Assembly: GCA_963727905.1 (NCBI GenBank)
Contig: CAVSIC010000029.1
Location: forward strand, 2,953-66,952
DNA length: 64,000 bases
Source: an uncultured Microthrixaceae bacterium
GTDB taxonomy: Bacteria; Actinomycetota; Acidimicrobiia; Acidimicrobiales; VFJN01
Reading direction: 5' to 3'
Each line of letters opens with the position of its first letter. The first letter of the stretch is position 1. Positions 19,366 to 28,393 of this stretch are shown piece by piece. Position numbers and translations under genes: made by a program. The notes under the pieces are model-generated. The model made no database searches. It was given only the letters and a program-made list of their open reading frames with translations, and was not told the DNA's origin.

Positions 19366-20835
19366 CCGCGGCCGCGGCGCCGCCCCGCGCCACGCGGGCC
19401 ACCGTCCTGCTCGTCCGCGACGGCGAGCACCCCGAGCGGCCCCTCGAGGTGCTGATGCTGCAGCGCCACCCGTCGACGGCCTTCGGCGGCATGTGGGCCT
19501 TCCCGGGCGGCGCGGTGGAGGAGCACGACGCGCTCGACGCCGCGACGGCGCCGCCGTCGGGTCTCTGGGCATGCTGCCGCCCGCGAGACCGTGGAGGAGA
19601 CCGGCCTCGCCATCACGGTCGAGGACCTCCACTACCTGTCGCACTGGATCACCCCGGAGGGGGCGCCCGACGCGGTTCGACACCCGCTTCTTCGTGGCCC
19701 GGGCCCCCGACGGCGACCACGTCCACGACGACCGCGAGCACACCGACAGCTGCTGGATCCGCCCGGCCGACGCGCTCGACCGCCACGCCGCCGGCACCTT
19801 CGACCTGATCCTGCCCACCCTCCGCAACCTCGAGGCCATCGGTCGCTGTCGCCACGGTCGCGGAGCTGCTCGACGCGGTGTCCGCCGCCGACGACCCTCG
19901 CGCGATCGACGACGGCGGCGGCTGGCGCATCCGCCTCCCCGGCGACCCCGAGCTGGTCGCAGTGAAGGACGTCGTGCCCGACGCTCGACGAGGTCGTCGA
20001 GGAGCTGCCGCCGCTGGTCCACGGCGTGGCCAGCGCGCTGAGCCCGCTCGTCCGGCGCATCGTCGCCCCCAACCCCGGGAAGATGACCGGCCCGGGCACG
20101 AACACCTACCTCGTCGGCATCGACGAGATCGTGGTGGTCGATCCCGGGCCCGACGACGCCGGCCACCTCGACGCCATCGCCGGCTGCGGCGGCGACCGCA
20201 TCCGCTGGATCGTCTGCACCCACACCCACCCCGACCACTCCCCCGGCGTCGCCGGCCTCAAGGCCCGCACCGGCGCGGAGGTCCGGGCGTTCGACGCGCG
20301 CGACGGCCTCACCATCGACGTGCCGATGGCCGACGGCGACGTGATCGAGGCCACCGAGTTCGTGCTCCGCGCCGTGCACACCCCCGGGCACGCGTCGAAC
20401 CACCTCTGCTTCCTGCTCGAGCAGGAGCGGCTCCTCTTCTCCGGCGACCACGTGATGGACGGCTCCACCGTGGTGATCTCGCCGCCCGACGGCGACATGG
20501 CCGTGTACCTCGCGTCGCTCGAGCGGGTCCGCGGCCTCCGCCCCCGCCTGCGGACGATCGCCCCCGGCCACGGCCACCTGATCGAGGACCCGATCGCCCG
20601 GATCGACGGCTACCTCGCCCACCGCGTCGAGCGGGAGGCGCAGGTGCTGGCCAAGGTGCGGGCCGACGGGCCGATCACGATCCCCGAGATCGTCGCCGAC
20701 CTCTACGCCGACGTGCGCGAGGAGCTGCACGAGGTCGCGGCGAAGAGCGTGTGGGCGCACCTGCGCAAGCTCCACGACGAGAAGCTCGTGAAGGGCGACC
20801 GCGAGTCGCCCGACGGCCCGTGGAGGAAGCGCTAG
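19362..20835 (+). pseudogene. NUDIX hydrolase domain fused to MBL-fold metallo-hydrolase, about 5 frame changes
   Basis: The NUDIX part reads TVLLVRDGEHPERPLEVLMLQRHPSTAFGGMWAFPGGAVEEHD ... ARETVEETGLAITVEDLHYLSHWITPEG ... RFDTRFFVARAP...CWIRPADAL...GTFDLILPTLRNLEAI. The intact MBL part (20026-20835) reads NTYLVGIDEIVVVDPGPDD...WIVCTHTHPDHSPG...VHTPGHASNHLCF...FSGDHVM. Confidence 0.8.
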
Positions 20836-20867
20836 CGCAGAAGGCGCTAGCTGTAGAAGGCGCTAGC
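20825..20867. repeat. three tandem copies of a ~16-nt unit containing GCGCTAGC at a convergent gene junction
   Basis: The sequence is ggAAGCGCTAGCgca GAAGGCGCTAGCtgta GAAGGCGCTAGCtcg. Copy starts are at ~20826, 20840 and 20856. The first and third copies carry the TAG stops of the two converging genes (20833-20835 plus strand, 20863-20865 minus strand). Confidence 0.7.
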
Positions 20868-22062
20868 TCGAGGCCTCAGCGGCATCGAGGGCGTCGAGGG
20901 CCGCGACGGCGGCGTCGAGCATGCGGGCCGAGCAGCCGGCCAGCTCGGCCGGCGGGATCGCCTCGGTGAGGATGCGGTCGGCGATCTGCGCGGAAGGCCT
21001 CGGCGGCCGGGCCCGTCGCCGAGCGCGACCGGCACGCCCGATGTCGCCGCCGGCGGCGACGCTCGGCTCGAGCGGCACCTGGCCGAGCAGCGGGATGCCG
21101 GCGTCGTGCGGCCAGCGCCTCGCCGCCGCCCTCGCCGAAGAGCGCGTAGGTCGTCGCCGTGGTCGCAGGTGAAGGCGCTCATGTTCTCGATCACGCCGGC
21201 GACCCGCAGGTAGCTCTTGCGGGCCATCGACACGGCCCGGACGGCGACCTTCTGGGCGGCGGTGGCGGGGGTGGTGACGACGATGACCTCGGCCCGCGGC
21301 ACGAGCTTGGCCACGCCCATCTGCACGTCGCCGGTGCCGGGGGGCATGTCGACGAACAGGTAGTCGAGGTCGTCGCCCCACTCCACGTCCTGCAGGAAGT
21401 GGGTGACGCCGCGGTTGAGCATGAGGCCGCGCCACATCAGCGCCGACTCCTCGTCCTCCACCAGGAAGCCCATCGAGATGACGCGCAGCAGCGCCGTCGC
21501 CGACGACCTTCTCGTGCGGGACCATCATCTTGCGGCCGTCGCGCTCGTGGCCGGCGAGGCGACCCTCGACGTCGAGCATGCGCGGGACGGAGAAGCCCCA
21601 GATGTCGGCGTCGAGCACGCCGACCTTGCGACCGGTGGCGGCGATCGCCGCGGCGAGGTTCACGGTGACCGACGACTTGCCGACGCCGCCCTTGCCCGAG
21701 GCGACGAGCACGACCTTGGTGGTGGGCGCGAGCGAGGTGTCCTCGGGCCGCTGGGAGACGTTCCAGCGCGCCTTGCCCATGGCGGAGGCCTTCTCCTCCT
21801 GGGTCATCTCGGTCCAGTCGAGGGTGACCTTGCCGACCCCGGGCAGCGACCCGACCCGGGCCCGGACGTCGCGCTGGATCTGCGCCCGCAGCGGGCAGCC
21901 GGAGGTGGTGAGGGCGATCGTGACGACCACGTCGCCGTCGTCGGCGACCGTGGCGCTCCGGACCATGCCGAGGTCGACGATGTCGCTGCCCAGCTCGGGG
22001 TCGATCACGCCGCGCAGCACGGCGATGACGTCGTCCTGGGTCGGGAGCGGTGCGGTGGGCAC
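20863..22062 (-). pseudogene. Mrp/ApbC/NBP35-family Fe-S cluster carrier ATPase, at least 4 frame changes
   Basis: Pieces in order:
- [36 protein letters not shown]...[15 protein letters not shown] (DUF59-like N domain);
- [47 protein letters not shown];
- in another frame, [52 protein letters not shown]...[41 protein letters not shown];
- then [13 protein letters not shown] and [21 protein letters not shown]. Confidence 0.88.
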
Positions 22063-22105
22063 GCCTCGGATTCTACCGGCGGCACCCGTGTAAACTCCAC
22101 GGCTG

Positions 22106-22791
22106 ATGGTCGAGACCGCCGGGTCGCGCGCTCCCCGCCTCGAGCTCCTCAAGGCGCTCGGCGACAACACGCGCTACGCGATCTACCTCGAGCTCGCCCG
22201 CGCGTCGGCCCCGCTGGCCACCGCGCAGATCGCCGAGCACCTCGACCTCCACCCGAACACGGTGCGCCCGCACCTCGAGCGCATGCGCGAGGTGGGCCTC
22301 CTCGAGGTGGTCACCGACGCCCGCGGCGCGGTCGGTCGGCCGCAGCACCGCTACTCGCTCGCCCCCGACGCGCCCGCCCTCGGCTTCGAGCCGCCCGCGT
22401 TCCCCGTGCTGGCCCGCATGCTGCTGCGCCTGGCCGCCACCGCCGGGCTGCCCGCCGGCGACGCCATCGACGCCGGCCGCGAGCAGGGCGAGCGCGGCCG
22501 CCGGCCGGTTCGACCCGTCGCTCCCGTGCGAGGAGGCCCTCGTCCGCCGAGCTGGCCATCCTCGGCTTCGACCCGCGAGTCCGCCGCCGACGAGCAGGGC
22601 GCCACGCATCGGCGTTCACCCGCTGCCCGTTCCGGGAGCTGGCCGAGGCCAACCCGGAGCTCGTCTGCGGCCTGCACCGTGGCCTGGTCGAGGGCTTCGT
22701 GGCCGCCCGGGGCGACGGCGAGGTCACGGGTTTCCACGACCTGGCCGACCGCATCCCCTGCCAGGTCGAGATCGCGCGCTCATCCCGGTAG
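22106..22791 (+). pseudogene. winged-helix (ArsR-like) transcriptional regulator with Cys-containing C-terminal domain, about 4 frame changes
   Basis: The HTH part reads [75 protein letters not shown]. The C-terminal pieces are AELAILGFDP and AFTRCPFRELAEANPELVCGLHRGLVEGFVAARGDGEVTGFHDLADRIPCQVEI. Confidence 0.7.
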
Positions 22792-22837
22792 CCTTTCCGC
22801 ACAGTCGCAACTCGGCGCTCCCAGGAGGACCTCTGCT

Positions 22838-23158
22838 GTGATCACCCTCACCGACACCGCCGCCACCAAGGTCAAGGACCTCATCGCGGCCGAGGGCGAC
22901 CCGGCGCTGGCCCTCCGGGTCGCCGTGCGCCCCGGTGGCTGCTCCGGCTTCAGCTACGAGATGTTCTTCGACACCGACGTCGCCGCCGACGACCGCCTCA
23001 CCGACGAGGCCGGCGTGCGCGTGGTGGTCGACGAGGCCAGCGCCGAGCTCCTCCAGGGCGCCACGCTCGACTACAAGGACGGCCTCCAGGGCGCCGGCTT
23101 CGCCATCGAGAACCCCAACGCGCAGCGCAGCTGCGGCTGCGGCAAGTCCTTCAGCTAG
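22838..23158 (+). CDS. HesB/IscA/ErpA-type A-type iron-sulfur cluster carrier
   Basis: VITLTDTAATKVKDLIAAEGDPALALRVAVRPGGCSGFSYEMFFD...VVVDEASAELLQGATLDYKDGLQGAGFAIENPNAQRSCGCGKSFS has the C-x-n-C-G-C signature. AGGAGG lies 9 nt upstream of the GTG. Confidence 0.92.
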   Translation: MITLTDTAATKVKDLIAAEGDPALALRVAVRPGGCSGFSYEMFFDTDVAADDRLTDEAGVRVVVDEASAELLQGATLDYKDGLQGAGFAIENPNAQRSCGCGKSFS

Positions 23159-23172
23159 CCGAGCTCGCCGAG

Positions 23173-24093
23173 CTACGAGAGCGCGGTCGAGCGCCTCGTT
23201 GAGCTCGCGCCGGTCGTAGATCGCGTCGAGGCGCTCGGCCACGACGCCGTCGGAGCCGACCAGGAACAGGACCGGCTCGGCCACCAGGCGGAGGTCCGTG
23301 AGCACCGCCGTGTAGTCCCCGTCGGGGTTCACGTGGCGGGTGCGGCGTACACCTCGGCGTGCAGGAAGTGGACGTCCGGGTGCGCGGCCACCGCGGTCGA
23401 GCAGCACGTCGAGCACCGGCCCGCAGGCCGCCGACCTGGCAGAACGCCGGGCGTGGCCACCAGCAGCGCCACCGGTCCGCCCGCCGCGAGCGCGTCGGCG
23501 AGCGTGACGTCGTGGAGCGCGCAGACGGGGTCGGCCGTGCAGATCGGGTCGACCCCGCGGGCGTCGGCCACCGTCGGGGTGTCGAGCGACCGGGCATCTG
23601 GTCGCCCGGCTTCACCATGGAGGCGGGGGTGGCGTCCTGCACCTCGAAGACCATCTCGACCGCCGCCGCCACCGAGGGGCTCGGCGCGGATCGTGTAGAT
23701 CCCGGGCTCGTCGAGGGTCACGCGAAGCGGGAAGTACGCGCGGGCAGTCCCGTCGCCGTGGCGCTCGAGCGACGAGCGGCTTCGCCGGCGGTCGCCGTCG
23801 GGGTCGATGAGCGTCGACCTCGAGCTCCTCCGGCGTGTCCTCGAGCGTGAGGAGGCCCTGGCTGTCGGCCAGCCCGAACGATGACCCGGCTGCTCGCTGC
23901 CCGCGAAGTAGAAGGGCCCCTGCAGGTACGGCGCGAGCACGAGCTCACGGTCACCGGACGTGCCATCGGAGCCGTCGGTGTCGGCTTCGTCGTCGTCTCC
24001 GCCGCCGCACGCGCCGAGCGCTACCGCACCGGCACCAGCGCCGGCCAGCGCGAGGAAGCGTCGTCGGGAGAGTCCGGGGGGAGGGCCCGCCAT
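23173..24093 (-). pseudogene. Tat-signal lipoprotein with thioredoxin-like C-terminal part, many (often compensating) frame changes; 3' end uncertain
   Basis: MAGPPPGLSRRRFLALAGAGAGAVALGACGGG has a twin-Arg motif plus a lipobox. Later pieces are LIDPDGD, AYFPLRVTLDEPGIYTIRAEP, AVEMVFEVQDATPASMVKPGDQMPGR, LDTPTVADARGVDPICTADPVCALHDVTLADALAAGGPVALLVATPAFCQ, CGPVLDVLLD, AAHPDVHFLHAEVY and VNPDGDYTAVLTDLRLVAEPVLFLVGSDGVVAERLDAIYDRRELNEAL. Confidence 0.55.
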
Positions 24094-24117
24094 CCCGGTG
24101 AACCTATCGTGCTCGCG

Positions 24118-25809
24118 ATGCCCCCCGGAGATCGCCCGTCGCTGCAGCTCGAGGTCGACGGACGGCAGGTCGAGGTCGCCGACCGCGGCGCGACTCGCTG
24201 CTCGAGGTCCTCCGCGAGGACCTCGGGCTGCGCTCGGCCAAGGACGGGTGCAGCCCCCAGGGGCAGTGCGGGTGCTGCACGGTGCTGGTCGACGGCCAGC
24301 CCCGCGTCGCCTGCGTGACCCCGGCCCGACGGGTGGCCGGGCGGTCGATCACCACCGTCGACGGCCTGGCCGAGGCGACCCGGGACCGCTGGGCCGACGC
24401 GTTCTGCGCGACCGGGGCGAGCCAGTGCGGGTTCTGCACGCCGGGCATCGTCTGCCGGCTCGAGGGCGCCGCCGCCAAGGGCGCCGCCCCCGGACCGGAC
24501 GGCCACCCGGCCGTCGAGCAGGCCCTCCTCGCCCACCTCTGCCGTTGCACCGGCTGGCGCACGATCCTCGACGCGTGGGACCTCGCCACGGGCGACGGAG
24601 CCCGAACCGCGAACCCGTCGATGTTTCGCACGCTGGGACGAGCAAAACGTCGACGGGTTCGCGTCCTGGGGCCGCCGAGCGAGCCACGCTCGAGGGCGGC
24701 ACGGCCGCAGCAGGTGGCCCCAGCCGTCGCGCTCGGCCACGGCGGCTTCGCCGACGACACCGCCCCGGCCGGCGCGCTGGTGGCCGTGCCCGACGGCGAC
24801 GGCGGCTGGGCCGTCGGCGAGACGCTGGCCGAGGCCCGCGCCGCCGCGGGCAAGGTCCAGGGCCGCGGACCACGGTCGACGCCCGGCCCCCGCTCGAGCT
24901 CCCGCCCGGCGACTGGGCCGCCACGCTGCGGACCAGCTGGGTCGAGCCCGGCTACCTCGAGCCCGACGCCTCCTGGTGCGAGCCCGGCGGCGAGCCCTCG
25001 TCGCCGCTCGCCAACGGCGGCGCGTTCGGCGGCAAGCAGGCCAGCCCGGTGCGGCGCCGCCGCCCGCGAGCTGGCCGACCGGCACGGCCGCCCGGTGCGG
25101 GTGCTGCTCGGTCGCGAGGACGTCGTGCGCCTCGGCCCCAAGCGACCGCCGGTCGCCGGTGGGGCCGACGCCGACGGCACCGGCGTCCTGCGGGTGGTGC
25201 GCACCCCGGGCATCGTGGCGGCCATCGCCTCCGTCGCCCCCGGGCTGGTGGTGGAGGAGGTCGACGTCGCCGGCCCGCCGACGTCGGTGGACCTGCGAGC
25301 GGCGGGTTGGGCCGAGGCGCTCGTCCTCCTCGCCGGGGCCCGCGGGCGGGCTCGTCCCCGTGGTCGACCCGACGACGGGCGCCGTCGCGGAGGCGGCCAT
25401 CGACGCCGACGGCACCGTGCGCGTCAGCGTGACGGCCGGCGACCCGCTCGACGAGGTCGTCCTGCGCTCCTACGCCACCGGCGCCGCGCACATGGCGCTG
25501 TCGTGGGTGTCGTCCGAGGGCATCGCCGTCGACGACGACGGCGTGGTCCACGACCTCACGATCCGCTCCTTCGGCATCCTGCGGGCCGTCGACACCCCCG
25601 CCATCGAGATCACGGTCGTCCCGGCCGCCGGCCCGCCGGTCCGGGCCGGCGACGCCGTGTTCGCGGCGGTGGCCGCCGCCGCCTGGCTCCACGCGGGCAC
25701 GCCCGACCGACTGGCCGACCGGCACCCGCTGGCGCTGACACCGACGGTGGCAGACTGCCGGCATGTCGAAGCCGGTCGGTCCGTACACGCCGATCGTGCG
25801 CGCCGGTGA
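24118..25809 (+). pseudogene. fused [2Fe-2S]-binding domain / xanthine-dehydrogenase-family (molybdopterin-subunit-like) protein, at least 5 frame changes; 3' end uncertain (25738 or 25809)
   Basis: The 2Fe-2S part reads LQLEVDGRQVEVAD...LLEVLREDLGLRSAKDGCSPQGQCGCCTVLVDGQPRVACVTPARRVAGRSITTVDGL...FCATGASQCGFCTPGIVC...AHLCRCTGWRTILDAW (CoxS/XdhC-type). Later pieces are ALGHGGFADDTAPAGALVAV, TTVDARPPLELPPGDWAATLRTSWVEPGYLEPDASWCEPGG, ELADRHGRPVRVLLGREDVVRLGPKRPP and DPLDEVVLRSYATGAAHMALSWVSSEGIAVDDDGVVHDLTIRSFGILRAVDTPAIEI. Confidence 0.7.
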
Positions 25810-26119
25810 CTGGCTCGTCGTGTCGGGCCAGCTCGGGCTGGTCGACGGCAAGCTCGTGAACGGCGGCGCCACCGCCGAGCTCCGGCAGGCCATCGCCAAC
25901 CTCGAGGCCCTGCTCCAGAGCGAGGGGGCCGCGCTCTCCGACGTCGTGAAGACCACCGTGTTCCTCCGCCACCTCGGCACGGACTACGACGCCATGAACG
26001 AGGCCTACGTCGACTGCTTCGGCGACCACCGCCCGGCCCGCTCCTGCATCGGCGTGGCCGAGCTGCCGCAGGGCGGTCTCGTGGAGGTGGAAGCGTGGGC
26101 CCGCCTCGGGGCAGGATGA
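25763..26119 (+). CDS. RidA/YjgF-family reactive-intermediate deaminase
   Basis: MSKPVGPYTPIVRAGDWLVVSGQLGLVDGKLVNGGATAELRQAIANLEALLQSEGAALSDVVKTTVFLRHLGTDYDAMNEAYVDCFGDHRPARSCIGVAELPQGGLVEVEAWA is RidA/YjgF-like. The ORF is intact. Confidence 0.9.
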   Translation: MSKPVGPYTPIVRAGDWLVVSGQLGLVDGKLVNGGATAELRQAIANLEALLQSEGAALSDVVKTTVFLRHLGTDYDAMNEAYVDCFGDHRPARSCIGVAELPQGGLVEVEAWARLGAG

Positions 26120-26123
26120 CGGC

Positions 26124-26288
26124 ATGCCCGGCGCCCTGATCCTCGCGTTCGTGATCGTGGTGGTCCTGCCCGTGACCATCCTCATGTCCGGCGCCGTCGT
26201 GGCCGCCCTGCTGGGCTGGACCGCCACCGAGGACGCCGAAGGCCCGCCACGAGGGCAGCGAGCTCGTCGACCTCTCGTAGCCGGCTAG
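26124..26288 (+). CDS. possible small membrane protein (54 codons; tail frame uncertain)
   Basis: ATG lies 5 nt after the ridA stop. MPGALILAFVIVVVLPVTILMSGAVVAALLGWTATEDAE... has one clear TM helix. The gene is not in the ORF track because it is under 60 aa, and there is no homology argument for it. Confidence 0.3.
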   Translation: MPGALILAFVIVVVLPVTILMSGAVVAALLGWTATEDAEGPPRGQRARRPLVAG

Positions 26289-26980
26289 CGAAGCCGGCTC
26301 AGACGCCCCAGCGGCGACTGGCCGAAGCGGTAGCCGACGGACCGCACGGTCTGGATGAGGTTGGCGTGCTCCTCGCCGAGCTTGGCGCGGAGGCGACGGA
26401 TGTGGACGTCGACCGTGCGGGCGCCGCCGTAGTACTCGTAGCCCCACACCCGCGACAGCAGCGTCTCGCGGGTGAACACCTTGCCGGGGTGGCTGGCGAG
26501 GAACTTGAGCAGCTCGTACTCCATGTAGGTGAGGTCGAGCGGCTTGCCGGCGATGGCGGCCTGGTAGGTCTCGAGGTTGAGCAGCAGGTCGCCGTACTCG
26601 ACCAGCTCGGGGCGGGTGCCCCGACCGGTCCGCCAGAAGAGGTGCTTCAGGCGGGCCTCGAGCTCGCGGGGCTGGAACGGGTGGAGGCAGAAGTCGTCGA
26701 ACAGGTCGTCGCGCAGCTCGAGGTCGGCGAGCTGCGCGCCGGACACGAGCAGGAGCACCGGCTCGAGCGGCACGTCGCGCTTGCGCAGCGCGCGGCACAC
26801 GGCGAACGCCCCGTCGGGATCGTCGGCGGCGACGACGATGGCGCCGGACCAGCCGTCGTCGGGCTCGGAGCGCGCGACCGCGCCCTCGTCGGCGACGGCC
26901 TTCCAGGGGTAGCCGCCGAGGTCGAGCGCCTGCACCAGCTCGGGCGGGACGGGATCGGGGTAGATGAGGAGCGGTTCCAT
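26285..26980 (-). CDS. glnR: GlnR-type orphan OmpR-family response regulator (global nitrogen regulator type, GlnR/GlnRII)
   Basis: The atypical receiver MEPLLIYPDPVPPELVQALDLGGYPWKAV...GAIVVAADDPDGAFAVCRALR is followed by a winged helix: YGDLLLNLETYQAAIAGKPLDLTYMEYELLKFLASHPGKVFTRETLLSRVWGYEYYGGARTVDVHIRRLRAKLGEEHANLIQTVRSVGYRF. This closely resembles the Streptomyces GlnR C-terminal domain as I remember it. It lies 24 nt downstream of a GS gene. Confidence 0.85.
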   Translation of the reverse strand: MEPLLIYPDPVPPELVQALDLGGYPWKAVADEGAVARSEPDDGWSGAIVVAADDPDGAFAVCRALRKRDVPLEPVLLLVSGAQLADLELRDDLFDDFCLHPFQPRELEARLKHLFWRTGRGTRPELVEYGDLLLNLETYQAAIAGKPLDLTYMEYELLKFLASHPGKVFTRETLLSRVWGYEYYGGARTVDVHIRRLRAKLGEEHANLIQTVRSVGYRFGQSPLGRLSRLR

Positions 26981-27004
26981 GGCGGCGGCGGGCGAGACGC
27001 GGCC

Positions 27005-28338
27005 TCAGAGCCTCGGCAGGTAGCGGTCGAGCTCGAACTGCGAGACCTGGGTCTTGTACTCGAGCCACTCGGCCCGCTTGTTGCGGAGGAACCACTCGAA
27101 GACGTGCTCGCCGAGGGCGTCGGCGACGAGCTCGGAGCGCTCCATCTCGTCGAGCGCCTCGGCGAGCGAGCCGGGCAGGACGGAGATGCTCTCGGCCAGC
27201 CGCTCCTCCTCGGTGAGCTGGTAGAGGTTGGCGGACGTCTCCGGCGGGAGCTCGTAGCCCTCCTCGATGCCCTTGCAGGCCGGCGGCCAGCACGACCGAG
27301 AAGGCGAGGTACGGGTTGCAGGCGGGATCGGGGGCCCGGAACTCGATGCGGGCGGAGTCGGCCTTGCCCGACTTCATCGGCGGCACGTTGACGACCACCG
27401 ACCGGTTGTTGCGGGCCCACGACACGTAGACCGGCGCCTCGAACGCGCCCGAGCCGCTTGTAGGAGTTCACCCACTGGTTGGTGACGGCCGCGATCTCCC
27501 GGGCGTGGGTGAGGACGCCGGCGATGAACCCGCGACCGACCTTGGACAGGTTGCGCTCGTCGCCCGGGTCGTAGAAGGCGTTGGTGTCGCCCTCGAAGAG
27601 CGAGAAGTGGGTGTGCATGCCGGAGCCCTGCACGCCGGCGAGGGGCTTCGGCATGAACGTGGCGTGCACGCCGGCCTCCAGCGCCACCTCCCGCACGACG
27701 AGGCGGAACGTCATCACGTTGTCGGCCATGGCGAGGGCGTCGGTGTAGCGGAGGTCGATCTCGTGCTGGCTCGGGCCGTCCTCGTGGTGGCTGTACTCCA
27801 CCGGGATGCCCATGGCCTCGAGGGTGTGGATCGTGCGCTGGCGCAGGTCCGAGGCGACGTCGGCCGTGGTCAGGTCGAAGTAGCCGGCCTGGTCGAGCGG
27901 CTGCGGGGCGTGGGAGGGGTCGGCGTCGGCGAAGTAGAAGAACTCCATCTCGGGGGCCGCGTAGAAGCTGAAGCCCCGCTCGCGGGCCTTGTCGAGGTTC
28001 CGGCGCAGCACCTGGCGGGGGTCGCCCTCGAACGGGGTGCCGTCGATGTTCGTGATGTCGCAGAACATCCGGGCCGAGGTGCCGTAGGAGTCGGCCCAGG
28101 GCAGCAGCTCGAAGCTGTTGGGGTCGGGGCGGGCGAGCACGTCGCTCTCCTGGACCCGGCTGAAGCCGTCGATGGCCGAGCCGTCGAAGCGCATGCCCTC
28201 GTCGAAGGCCCCCTCCAGCTCGGCCGGGGAGATGGCGAAGGACTTGAGCTGGCCGAGCACATCGGTGAACCAGAGCCGGATCAGACGGACCCCACGCTCC
28301 TCCACCGTGCGCAGGACGTAGTCGCGCTGGCGTTCCAT
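27005..28338 (-). pseudogene. glnA2: GSI-type glutamine synthetase paralogue (GlnA2-like), frame changes at ~27460 and ~27280
   Basis: The first piece is MERQRDYVLRTVEERGVRLIRLWFTDVLGQLKSFAISPAELEGAFDEGMRFDGSAIDGFSRVQESDVLARPD...FYAAPEMEFFYF...PVEYSHHEDGPSQHEIDLRY...MPKPLAGVQGSGMHTHFSLF...NSYKRL. Next comes VSWARNNRSVVVNVPPMKSGKADSARIEFRAPDPACNPYLAFSVVLAAGLQG. The last piece is IEEGYELPPETSANLYQLTEEERLAESISVLPGSLAEALDEMERSELVADALGEHVFEWFLRNKRAEWLEYKTQVSQFELDRYLPRL. Confidence 0.9.
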
Positions 28339-28393
28339 GGTCCGGCAATGATGGCAGGCCTCCCCGCCGACCGACACCTGGGGGTCGGTCCCG

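Noticed and set aside
1-25800. Programmed ribosomal frameshifting or recoding as an explanation for the frame breaks
   Set aside because: There are far too many breaks (several per gene), in both directions. I noticed no slippery heptamer or downstream structure. They affect unrelated housekeeping genes that are not known to be recoded.
20832-26288. Frequent CTAG / GCTAGC words at gene ends (7823, 17926, 20832, 20847, 20863, 23153, 26283) as a possible specific signal
   Set aside because: Most are simply TAG stop codons flanked by GC-rich codons, sometimes shared by convergent genes. Without genome-wide counts I cannot show enrichment. Only the tandem triplication at 20825-20867 is reported.
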